A stretch of DNA of 38,608 nucleotides from Catajapyx aquilonaris (Eukaryota), in assembly GCA_000934665.2 (NCBI GenBank), contig JYFJ02000185.1, positions 124,001-162,608 on the forward strand, in the 5' to 3' direction. The notes below the pieces were generated by a model that was not told where the DNA came from, searched no databases, and saw nothing but the letters and a program-made list of their open reading frames with translations. Position numbers and translations under genes: made by a program. This document shows positions 24,538 through 36,096 of this stretch, piece by piece (position 1 is the first letter of the stretch; each line of letters starts with the position of its first letter).

Positions 24538-26634
24538 AAATTATCAATCGAGAATTTTGAGATAATATGCTACTAAAAAGCTTCCGTCATGTCGGGCCAC
24601 TATAGAATTTTCGGAAGGATAAGCATGCCTGATTTCTTTCTCAACTTCTCTCGGGCGTTACAACGAACATTGATAACAAGTAGTCTACAATCTCAACATG
24701 ATAATGGTAATAATTCAGAATAATATATTTTAAGTCTCCATGCAAGTATGTTGTACACGCTGTGAGGCCTTGCTCCATAATATAAGCTACCCAATTTTGA
24801 CGCGCAGATTGGATGGCCATGGCTGGTGAACACAAAAAGAAGAAACGAGGAAATTGTTAGCAAATTTTGAGCCTCGTAAATATTTTTGGGGGGTGCTGGT
24901 CGCATATGCGCCGGCTTACCCTAATGCGGAATTTATTGCGGAAAGTGTGAAATTTTGTAATAATGCTGACACTAACGGTGACATAATGGTGTGGTGCTGG
25001 GGGGAGGGGGGGGGGGAATTTCTTTTTTTTAAACCCCCCTAGGCATGAGCGCTGGAATGAAAATAACTGCACCCATTCTTATGTACTGAGCAAAAGTATG
25101 ACATGCTTCCAGCTTGGAATTGCAACCTCTTTAATTGCCATATTTTTTTAAAAAAATGCGCTTGCGAATAACCGCGCCTTTCAGCTTGTAGCACGCCCAG
25201 CACTTATTTAGTGGGCCTGTTTTTCATGAATATCTGACATAAGTACTTAATTATTCACATACAGCCCATACGGCTTGTTTTCTGGAAATGATATGATGAA
25301 TATTGGGTTATCTGGACCCATCCTTTTCAACACCTGGAATGAGAAAAATGGGCTCTGGCATTGTTACAATCTGAACGCCTACAGGCATGGCCGTACAACA
25401 TCTCCAGGGAGAAGGCCTACAGCTGTACAGTGAAGTGTGGCCTTACACTCTAATAGTCCAAGATTATGATACTGTAGCGTAATACACTAAAGGTATACTC
25501 TGTGTGGATGATATATTAAATAGGCTCGGAGGCGGCGCAGTCTTTGCCTTGAGTGCTAAATGTCCGAATAACATTACGACTTAAATAATGAGTCCGCGAC
25601 ATTTCAAGTGACACTTCAAGGACCACGAGAGGGGGTCATATCCTGCCTTGTGGGGAGGAGGAGAGACGGAATGAAAAAAAAAAATAAAGCTAAATAGCTT
25701 GTGGACTTTGGCAGTTCTCAGGTCCTTCGCTGGCTGGAAATTGATGCAGGCCACTTGAAATTGCACTCTGTAATCAACCTTTATTGCGTGCTCAGTGTTT
25801 AAACAACTACCTCAGCTGGTTCAGCATCAATGTGCAGTTCGGCAGCCTTAAACTGTATCCGCCCCAGGATAAACCCCGGAAAGGCATAAAAGCGCCCTTT
25901 AATTAGTTTCACTAAAGTCATCGACTCGACTTGGGGAGTCGTTCGGTTGAGAAATAATCTACGTCATCTGTCCCGCCTACCTCAAACTTAGTTATCGGCA
26001 ACCACACCACACCATCGATTCTTGTTGAACCCAGTCACGCGACATATACACCCAAAACGCTTCATCGGATAACATCAACCCATCCCCACCATCATGAGAG
26101 GTCCCCCCCCCCAAAAAAAAATATCCATTACAAATCTCTCACCTTTCATCTCAACGGCCTCTAATTAGCCTCATTAAGTGCGCAATGACAGTCATCCCGA
26201 CTTCAATAGAGGTGATATGGAGAGTGGGAGGAAGTCCTAAACCTGATGAGCGTGATGGAGATCACTCAATTTCATACTCCATATTTTGCGCAAAAATATG
26301 GGCTGGAGGGGTTACACGCACCCTATTGTTATTGGAGCGATTGAACCTTTGGGGCATCATACAAATGCAATTATTTAAGACGTGACATTTCATCGCATGA
26401 TATACGCACCTGGATGATCCAGTGACATTCAGTGGTGGTTGGTCCTACGGTTCTTCGTCAATGTAAGGAATGTCTGCAACATGAGATGTGTTACATGTTA
26501 GTTGTTGTCGGGCACTCTCAATTTCTGTGGTAATGTCAAAGCCATGCTCATTCCCCAACCCGGTGTAACACAGTCATGCAGCACAACAATGCGGGGGTTT
26601 GGAGGGCCAGCATTTTAGCATGCCGTTCATTACG

Positions 26635-26640
26635 TTTATT
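26635..26640 (-). other. Candidate polyadenylation signal (AATAAA) for paralog A
   Basis: First minus-strand AATAAA seen downstream of the stop at 27520; an ATTAAA lies at 26965..26970. Confidence 0.3.
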
Positions 26641-27030
26641 CAGTAGTTATATTGTGCTCTTGTTTTTATAACGTGGCAGAGAGGGGGCAGGGGGAGACAG
26701 GGCGAGTTCTGGTTACAATTTCAATTAAATTTATATTTTATGCAGTAAAATGTGAGTACGGTTAGTTTGGTGCGGGCCACCACATAACATGGGGACATAC
26801 TGTATGGTAACAAAACACTGAGTTTAGTGGCAGGTTTTGATCCGAATAATGCAGTAAGTTGAAATAAAAAAATAGTCAGTCATAAAATCTAGTTGCTCTA
26901 CTTTTACATACATCGTATCAATTTTAACGTACCGGTATCCGTGTACAGGGCATTGCAATGATATTTTAATCCCATTCTTTGAATTGATGGCAAGAGTAGA
27001 AATTTAGTTAATATATTTTTTTTTGAAATG

Positions 27031-27148
27031 CAATGGGTAGAATTTTCGTCCCACTGCTATAGTTACTGCTAACTTAGCAGTACCAGTGTTGGAAACGGTA
27101 CTGCTAAGTTAGCAGTAACTGGCAGAGGGACGAAAAATCGACCCAATG
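27031..27148. repeat. 118-bp hairpin with nested palindromes
   Basis: caatgggtagaattttcgtcccactgctatagttactgctaacttagcagtacc pairs with ggtactgctaagttagcagtaactggcagagggacgaaaaatcgacccaatg across a 12-nt loop. Confidence 0.9.
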
Positions 27149-27519
27149 ATTTCATTTGAACTCTAGTGTGTTAGGTGAAGCATGTTAAAACGGGTAGGAT
27201 GGAGCAATGTATCGGGAATGAATTCAATGAAATAAAAAATCCGACCCACATGCTTACATGTCATATTTCTGTGTCACATGCTCTGGCCCCAAAACAAAAC
27301 ATACATTTTTTTTTTTTTTCAGAATGTACATAAAGCACCGCATAAATCGCAACACAGGCCGATACAGTACATATCTGAACCCTTGGGAACATCGGCCCAC
27401 TTCATAATAAGCATGACATGCCCCCTTCATAGCCTCTAAGGAATGATTATAGCCGGTCTCCCATCGCCCCTTTTTTTTATAGGCGCGATATAAACCCCCT
27501 TTTTTTCCCGCCCATATAA

Positions 27520-30458
27520 TCATTCAGGGATAGTCAGCCCCAACGACTCTTGGGTCCTTCCTCCCGCTTTAGGAGCACCTTTCAAGTCCTTCCAGTAGAC
27601 GTGGCTGTCGACCGTGTTTTCAGGAGACTTGCTGGAGTCGTCCTCCCAATGCAGTTCGACCAGCAGGCGGTAGAGGAGAGCACCGACGATGCCTCCGATG
27701 AAAGGACCCACGATGGGAACCCACCACCAGTGCCGCGGGCTGGAAGGAGACACAACTAGATCTAACATCACAAGTTGCATTTTTTTTTGGGCCAAATGAC
27801 GAAAGGCCCCAATTAGACACAGATGGCATAATATTTTTCAGGGAAATGTCTGACCTGAACACTTCGCTGCCCCATCCGGCAATGAGGAGGAACAGCCTGG
27901 GAGGGAAGTCTCGAGCAGGGTTGATGGCATATCCGAAGTTGTAACCGAAGCAGAGCCCGATGGCTGTCACAACCAGTCCCACGAACAGGGGCACCAAAGC
28001 GGGAGGAACTTTCATGTTCCTCTTGTCTGTTATGGCGCATACGCATATTAGCAGGACTGCAGTTCCCACTATCTGCGAGAGAAAGAGGGAAAAATGTAGT
28101 GAAAAAAAAAAAGTTGTAAACGGTGTCGAAACATACTTGATCCAACAGTCCTCCCCAGACTGTCAAGTAGTCCTTCGGGAACGTCACCCAAATTCCGGCA
28201 GTCGCGTAATCCCCTGTCACGTGACGGACACCTCCGTCAAACGTGTTCAGAGCCTCTGAAATCAAGGACGGAAATAATCAGTTGCGTGCACTGGAAATCT
28301 CTTAAATATTTGAATTAAAAAATGTCATTCAAATTCTGAGACATGAATGCAGTTTACTCGTAATATTTCACAGTGGGCGTGGATTGCAATACGGCCATAA
28401 TTATGCGCGATCAGTTCAAAGTTGAGGTAGGTTTTATTGCGATGAGTGCCCGCGGTAAACTATAAATTAATCATGCAGCCTTAACCTTAACCGCAATGAT
28501 GCAATTGTCGCTCATTGAATATGGAACCGCACTGACCTTACCTCAAGGATAGTTGTTGGCACTTACCAAAGTACACCGCGTAAATTAGAGCCGACGCAGC
28601 AAATGAACCAAGAGACTGAGCCAGTATGTAAAATGGAAGCTTCAACCACCCGGAAGCGTCGCAAGGGTTGACCATGGCCAGGGCTAATGTTACCGCAGGA
28701 TTGATGTGCGCACCTGAAACAATATATTGGAACACTGTTGTATTTTACGTGTATGAGTTGAGACCACTTTAGTGACTGATATTCGTACCTGAAACCCCTC
28801 CAGCTACCAGGACAGCCAGCATGACAGCAATTCCCCAGGCGGCGTTGACACTTGCGTAACTCCCAGTGGTCTTTTCACTTAGCACCCATTGCGCGCAGCA
28901 TCCTAAGCCAAAAGCCTGAAAAAATAACCACAAAAATAATTACAAACAGTAACAGTAACTGTGGAGTTGTACAGCTCATTACCATTAATTTCGCGGTGGT
29001 GTTATGAGCCTATTATTTATTCCTGACGTCCATGTGCGCCAGCAAAATTCTACGAGATTTGCAGCGGGGTTCGCGCTTGCGGATCCCTAAATTTGATGTG
29101 ACGTGTGGGCCACATGATTTTGACAGATCATCATGCAAAACAATTTTTTTCTTCTGGACGGAGAGGAGCCTACCCCCCAATTATACATGCGTGGGTACGG
29201 ATCGTTATGTGGCGAAATAATGAAACCGCAATATTGCAATGAATCGAACAGAGGTCGTGGATGTATCGTAGGTTAGATAACACCTCCGGGAGAAAAGTCT
29301 AGACGTGTGATTATAAAAGAGCGGACGTCATAATCGCCTTTCTGCTGCTTCCTAGTCCAAAAATTTCGAGATATATATTTTTTTGGTCTTCAGTCATTAC
29401 TCACAAAAGGTCTGAAAACGCGGCCGAAGGGAGTTATTTGGAGCCTCTCTCTCTCTCAATGACCCACCACCACGCTCGTTTTGCTAATTGCCAAATTTTT
29501 GCTCATAATTCCCCATCGCCGTTCCACAATCCCCTCCGCTCTATAGACTAACTAAATGCACTCTAACAAGCCCTAAACGATAATTATAGCTGCTTTACAC
29601 ATGTTGGCGTCATTGGTGGCATCAACGGGGAAAAATGTGCAGCATGCGAGTCTGTGTATGTACTGTACACAATGCATTCCGTCATGTGGAGAGAACTAGC
29701 CAAATGACTGCAGGAGGCCAGCACACCACACACACACAAACTAGTGAGGTGGCATCTCTTAATGAATGTAATTAGCAAGCCCTTGCCGTTTGGAAGATAT
29801 GCATATCTGTTGTGAAAGCTCGCCTTCTCGTATTTTAAGCTACTAGTTTAATGTTGCACCGTTTTGTGTTGAAATTAAAACTGTAAGAAATCAAGTTTTT
29901 GACATTCAGTAACAGCCATGCACAGGATGGTGTGCAAAACACAGATAGGAAGAGAAGGTATAGCTGTTTACCCCAGCAACCAGTTTAGAAATTAGCAACA
30001 ATAACAAGTAAAACAAGTGTGACCCTGTGGATTTGTCTTCAACTAGACGATTCTTTACAAGGGTTTACTGGAGCAAACAATCCGCAGCTTTTTCCCCACC
30101 GTTTTGTGAAGATACGGACTTGGGAAATATTCTCGCATAATTGGCACAAAAAAAAAGTATTTTAACCGGAGAATATGATAAATTTTTAGAAGCGAGACGT
30201 TAAAGTAAGGCATGATGTCATTGAATTTATGCAACATATTTTTGACTCGCTTATCTCGAAAGTGTCCAAAGAGCTTTTTTTCTCTCTTTCGATTACGCAG
30301 ATACATCAGGTGAAATTTCCCAAAGGGGGGCCTTCAGCCAATATCCGAGAGATTGGCAAAAAAAAAGTACTCACCATGAGTATAAAGGTCCCGAAGAATT
30401 CAGCCAGCACCTCCCTGAAGAGCTTGCTCTTAATCGGGAACAACCAGCCGCACATCAT
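27520..30458 (-). CDS. Aquaglyceroporin (MIP family, AQP3/7/9/10/GlpF-like), paralog A; complement(join(27520..27739,27855..28072,28137..28255,28567..28713,28789..28915,30375..30458)), 304 aa
   Basis: Six exons (84,127,147,119,218,220 nt = 915 nt) with GT-AG introns join in frame: [103 protein letters not shown]...[51 protein letters not shown]...[15 protein letters not shown]...[16 protein letters not shown]...TIPE*. Has AEF in TM1, [10 protein letters not shown], second NPA followed by RD (glyceroporin signature) and WVP. Confidence 0.96.
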
Positions 30459-31938
30459 CCTGAAGCCGTCCTAAGGTGGCCGCCTTTCTGAACCGAATGC
30501 CAAGTGTCCTTCTTCTCTCGACGCTGCTGCAACAAGACAAAACCGTATATGCACATAACCCCCGAGGAGGAGGTCACTTCCTCAGGAAGTTGCTGACATT
30601 TCCAAAGCAGCGTCTTGGTTGCGCTATTACTCAAAAACACATGATCACGAGACATATGACCCAAATAAGCTTCCCCCCCATATCAGGTTGGATAACCCCT
30701 AAGCATTGCACCAACTCCAATAAATATTATATGTTATACCAAAACTATTTGGCCCCCGCACCATTCGTCCGGTGCCGTGTCCAGAAATGCACTGAAAGTG
30801 TGAATGAGTGTTTTAATAAAGGAATTGTGGTCCATTCTCTCTCTGGGTTGTTGAGTGTTGGAGGTGGGGTCATCCCGAAAGCAGCAATCACGCGCCACCA
30901 CATGAAGGTCAGCTGCTTTAATTCGCCGCCAGATGCGGCTGTCACAACTCGAGAAAACCTCTTTCCTGGCCAAGGGCCAAGGGCCTAGGATTGAAAAGAA
31001 TAGTTCCTCTTCCGCCAGGCCACACAATTATTAATGCCCCCCTCAACCATTATATAGTCAAGTGTATGAAGGCACTACGAAGCATGCATAGCCCAGAGTA
31101 AGATAGATATGTGCTATTCATGGCCCGGAATAAATGAGCACATGCCAATTACAAAATCGAGGTAGCGTGTTACCTGTAAGTAATCCACCTCAAGGCGAAT
31201 GTCAGTATGTAAATAGGAGCAGAAATAACTCCAAACAAATGGTTAACTTGCATATTAAAAACATATTCCAGATGGAGGAAAAAGAGCCAGAAAAGTTTGT
31301 AATTAATTATTGTTGACAAAATGATTTAAATTAATGGAAAATTCACTCGTAACAGTTTGTGGCTCGGTTTGCATTACTTTCCAGTAAGTTTAGTTCAGGT
31401 GTGGCGTCGTTTCCTTTTTAAAACTGACAAACTGATTTTATGACTACCTCACAACAAATTGTATTCAAAATCACCGATGTATGTGTAGGTATTCATAATA
31501 AATGACCGAATATTTTCTCCTCAATTTGAAACGAGTCTTATGTGTAGTGCATTTGCCTCAGATCCTGCCCAAATCGGAAGTTTCTATATAAAAAAGGCCA
31601 ACAGGAAACAATATTGCACAACCTCACTATACATGCCAGAAAGTAGTGAGAAGTCGATTTCCTCCGGAACTGGGGCTTACTCACAAAAATTCATTCATAA
31701 AAAAAACACAACGATTGTGCCATTCATTGACAATAATCTGTTGCACGTACACGCACTGGAAGAAATAAAAATAAAAATTGGAGGGGCTATGACAGGATGT
31801 CAGTCGTTGACCCCTAAGGAAGCGGGCCCCTGTCCAATTATTTCATTCGAGAGGTGGTGGTGGGCATTGTGGTACTTATCAGTGAAGAGTGGAGACACCG
31901 ACTCTGAGGTGAATACACGCAAACGATTTTCTACTCAC

Positions 31939-32138
31939 TCATCCGACACACACAAACAAGGCCAGTGGATCAATGGCCAATTTGTAAGCTGGAGGTGGTC
32001 ACGTCTACAGATGTGTCAACTTTTTTTTCCGTCTCCCCCTCCAGGTCTTCTGAATCGATGGGCAGGAAGGAAAGATAGAAACACTGCACAGCACGTTTCG
32101 ACTCTAACACAGAGAGCGTTGGAGGACCGCGCTATATA
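31939..32138 (-). promoter_or_regulatory. Candidate TATA promoter and upstream (5') exon of aquaglyceroporin A
   Basis: Minus strand TATATA at 32133..32138; donor ATGA|GTGAGTAG at 31939/31938; strong acceptor ttttgtcttgttgcag| at 30527, 68 nt upstream of the ATG, implies an upstream exon. Pairing of this donor with that acceptor is inferred. Confidence 0.4.
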
Positions 32139-35100
32139 TTTTTTGGACTTTTTCCAAGGTCGATATCATTATTTTTAGGTTTGCCTGCATAACGTGTCCT
32201 ACCACAACAGCGGAAAAGGTCAAGACCAATAGCCAGGATTTGATGGAAATGACCACCTTTTCATGATTCAAGAACGACCACATTGTTAAGCAGTTGCTTA
32301 GTCAAAATATTAGCATTGTATGGGCTGAGAAAAAAAAATCGTCTTACGTGTGAGTCATGTCTACACTTCCATTATGCAATGTGTACTTACAGAAATTCCG
32401 CTTAACAGTAAATGAACACGCTGAAATTTAGACGTCGGCACTGTTCTGAAAAGAAAATAAACACGGAGCAATTAATTCGCGGAATTTCTACCTGCAACAA
32501 CTAGAGACTTTCCATTGACATAAACAGGAATTACAATAGACAGATTTCTAATGTACGGTAATTTATGAGAATGTGTATACAGTAGCATTTAAGTAAACCA
32601 ACAAGATATCTGAAGGTATAAGAGACAAAACAAGTGTATTGTCATGTAACCTACTTCATAACTATGTCAGTGCTGTGCCAGGGGCAGATGCGGTTTTCTT
32701 ATTTTTATGAATAAAGGACGACAGGAAGAGTGAGGGGGGGTTAGGAGAAGGGCGTATGTGTGTGTGTGCATCGGGTCAAGACCGGTCGGTTACAAACTCC
32801 TGCAAAAACCTGCTCTATTTATATTTATCGGCGAAAGTGTGAGTAAAATAATGATCCAATTTCTGCATGGTCGCTGAGACCATTTTGCAATAAATTTCAA
32901 GGATGAGTGAACAAAGATGAACCATAATTTTTTTTGAAAAATTGCCTTTTTTTACTCGTATAATAATTTGGAGCAATGGAGCTTAAAATACTTTGCCTAA
33001 TAATTCACATTATTTCAGTGCATATAATGCTATAGTTTATCACTTGAATTGTCAATGCAATATATGGCTAAATGAGTGGTTCTATATTCAGCCTGATATT
33101 ATCAGCTGGCATTTTTTCTGATAATTAATAAGTAACATTCCAAAAGTAACTGCTTTGTGCCAATCTTGTAGTGCGGAAATTATTGCTAACTGAAACTGAC
33201 ACGTCAGTTGAAACGTGCTGACTTGATCCCCTTCAATGTATGGTTGGCTAGCCCTTTTCACTTAGCAAGAGGAGCAGTACACATGGAGTTTGGCAATAAT
33301 CTGCTATGCAGAGGTTGTGGACCACTATTGTACTGTATGCTCCCAGTAGGTCGAGACCGCGCATTACCCCCATTAACAAGATCAAGTGCAGATCATTCAC
33401 ATCGGTTGCCTCACTCGAGTCCTCCCTTCCACCTATTGCCCACATTAGCATTGAAAAATTGCTGTTGTCCAAGGGCATTGTGTGAGTACCTATAAGGACT
33501 CTGGGGGATGCAAATGGACATGATCTCCAAACCACTATAATCGCATAGCGTTTATAAATTGTTCGCAAAAACCTGGCACCATTTTTAAATGTGCATTAGG
33601 CACATTATTCGGGCGAGTGTTGCATTCACTTTCGGTCGTCTACAGTTCACGGCCACTTTCCTTAGGTCGCCAGAGATTATCAAATTACACGAGTATAAAT
33701 GGACTCTATCACTTGTCAACAAAATCGCGCGTAGCAGACTTCTATACAAGTGGCATTAAAAGGTCAAAGGTTCATCCATTCCATTAATCGCCAAGTGGGT
33801 CGAGACAACTTAGTTAAATGTCATTTAAAATTATGTTCGTGGGTGACTCATCAGCACAGTTGCGCAATGCCATTCCCTTATATCAGCTGACGCATAATAA
33901 TGATTATGCATCAAGCCTGATTTGTTATATGCCATATTATAATACCTAAACTCTTTGTAAATAGATCCTACAGGGTGATCAATAACTATGTAGGAAACTT
34001 GACAAGTTTCCTACATAGTTATGGATTTTTATACACAATGTGCATAAAAATTCATACCGTAATAATTTGCAATTTTCTCACGGCTGTTATGAAGGGAAAA
34101 AAAACTCCTGTGCTTTCAATGTTACCAAATTTTTCCGGCCATCGTATTATTGCCATCATATTTAAACACTTAAAATATTGTGTCGCGTGTGCCTCGGAAT
34201 AAAATTAGCATTTCAACTTGAAGCTTCAAAGTAAACTTGTAATGCGTGTAAAACAATTTTGATGGCAATTTAATATTACGGTGCTGAATCCGCCTCGTTA
34301 TCTCTCGGTACGTAAACATGCCTCAAATGTTAATCTTTATCCAGCACTTGGGACAGTGAAACAAAAAAAAAGCATTACCCTCAGGCTTGATTCCTTAATG
34401 AAGTAATCTCAGCCCCACGAAGAAGAAAAAAAAAAAAAAACATGTCTGAGAAAAAAGTTTTAATACTACGCCCCAAACATAAAACTGAGGCCATGATGCT
34501 GGTTTAAAAGGACGATGTCAGCCAAGAAGAGAAGATGAACTCGAAACAAAGAGGCGTGCATAGTTGTTGTATTTAAAGACCCAACACAACGAACTTCGTT
34601 TTAACCCAGTAATTCAAACAGCCTTGGACCCTATTCCGTTTCATGGCTTTCGGCTCCGAAATGCTTCCATTTCGTCATCCCCAGCAGTCTGTCCACTCAT
34701 ACCAGCATTATTTGGGGATTAAGGCTTCGTCTGTCACGAGGTTTTATCAAGTGGGGATGAGGTGCATGCATATTCAACTCTTTCTCAACCTGACAAACAT
34801 GTATCAACAATTGCGTGGTGCCGACGAAATGCGTGATGCGTGAGTCAAACAGAAGGCGTGTCAAAGTATACTGACCTGTTGATAGAAGGTGCCAGAATGG
34901 TGGAGCAGCAGGTACTCTCTCGTGGTTTTTATTTTTTTAAAGCAGGATGCTCCCAAAAAAAAAAGTTATCGATTACGTACTGACGATTTAAAAAGGGACG
35001 TATAGGGCGTGATGCCCACCATCCCCGGATGCTTCATTGTCGATTTTGAGGGGCCAAAAACAAAAAAAGGACACGTCTGCTCGACCTTGCCTTCCCATAA

Positions 35101-35724
35101 AAAGTAGGTTGCTAAGCGATTCTACTGGAAATAATAATAAAAACTTAAAACTGGATTCACGCAGAACATTTTTTTAAAGGAACATTTTCGACAGAAAAAT
35201 TACCAAAATTAAATAACCATTTCTAACCTCACAGCATCGGTCACTAATAACGGCACAAATCAAGAACCACTGCACATTCATTTACTCTCCATTATATTTA
35301 CAGCGACCAGACAATTGTGTAATAATATTGCGACAAGAATTTTACGAGTTTGTCATAAACCGAAATAACTGTCGTCGAAGCGATTGCTAAGTCGTCACCC
35401 TTTTAAGTTGCATAAGCTGTGGCGTCACCTCAATTATATCAGTCATTTTCAGAAAGAGGAATTACGAAAGCGCATTATCGTCCCAGCAGTAAACTTTTAC
35501 TGCAGTCAGAAGCTGGCGGCTACAGCGCAGGTTTTTCACATGAAAAACCTTGAAAAAAAAAGTCCGCAAAGCCGAAACTTATTTTTCAACTACAAGTCGC
35601 TCAAGGGCTTTTGCTGTGAAATCCTGTAAGTACAGTACCTAGAACTCTTGTTCATAATTTTAAATGGATGAAGGTAAGGATAATGTTGATGAATACTGAA
35701 GGCGTATTAGGAAATGTCGCAGTA

Positions 35725-35730
35725 TTTATT
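35725..35730 (-). other. Candidate polyadenylation signal (AATAAA) for paralog B
   Basis: First minus-strand AATAAA seen, ~370 nt downstream of the stop at 36097. Confidence 0.3.
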
Positions 35731-36096
35731 TGTACAATCGTACTTTTACAGCTACAGCATCAACCAGCAATACTGCTAATATTGTGCAACCATCAAGCTG
35801 CTATAACTCAATCCGATAGACTCTTTAAACAAAATCAACAAATATGTACAGGAGAAAATATCGCCATGTGTCCACGTATACCTCCCGTCAGTCGAGGTCA
35901 CACAATCAGTCATCTCATCTCTCCTCGTCAAAATCTGTAGGAAGAGAAATGCACATCAGTACAAGTTAACATTACAACAAAATTACGTCACTGTTGTCAC
36001 AATGGACTAGTTCGTAGGTGACAATCTTTGTATATTAAAAATGGGACCAAGGTTAGCATATGGATGAGTCTGACCTTTGGTTTCCATTAAATTTTT

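Noticed and set aside
23022..25631. Exact 18-mer cttcaaggaccacgagag at 23022..23039 and 25614..25631
   Set aside because: Only two copies with unrelated flanks; no array or LTR structure; plausibly chance or a tiny relic.
28536..28566. Alternative donor gag|gtaagg 25 nt past exon 3 of paralog A
   Set aside because: Would frameshift; the donor at 28566 matches the paralog's intron position.
30476..30988. 170-aa + strand ORF
   Set aside because: Antisense to the upstream intron/UTR of paralog A; no protein features recognised.
31540..32178. Longest ORF in the track (212 aa, + strand)
   Set aside because: No recognisable domain, crosses homopolymer runs, and is antisense to the probable 5' region of paralog A; likely chance.
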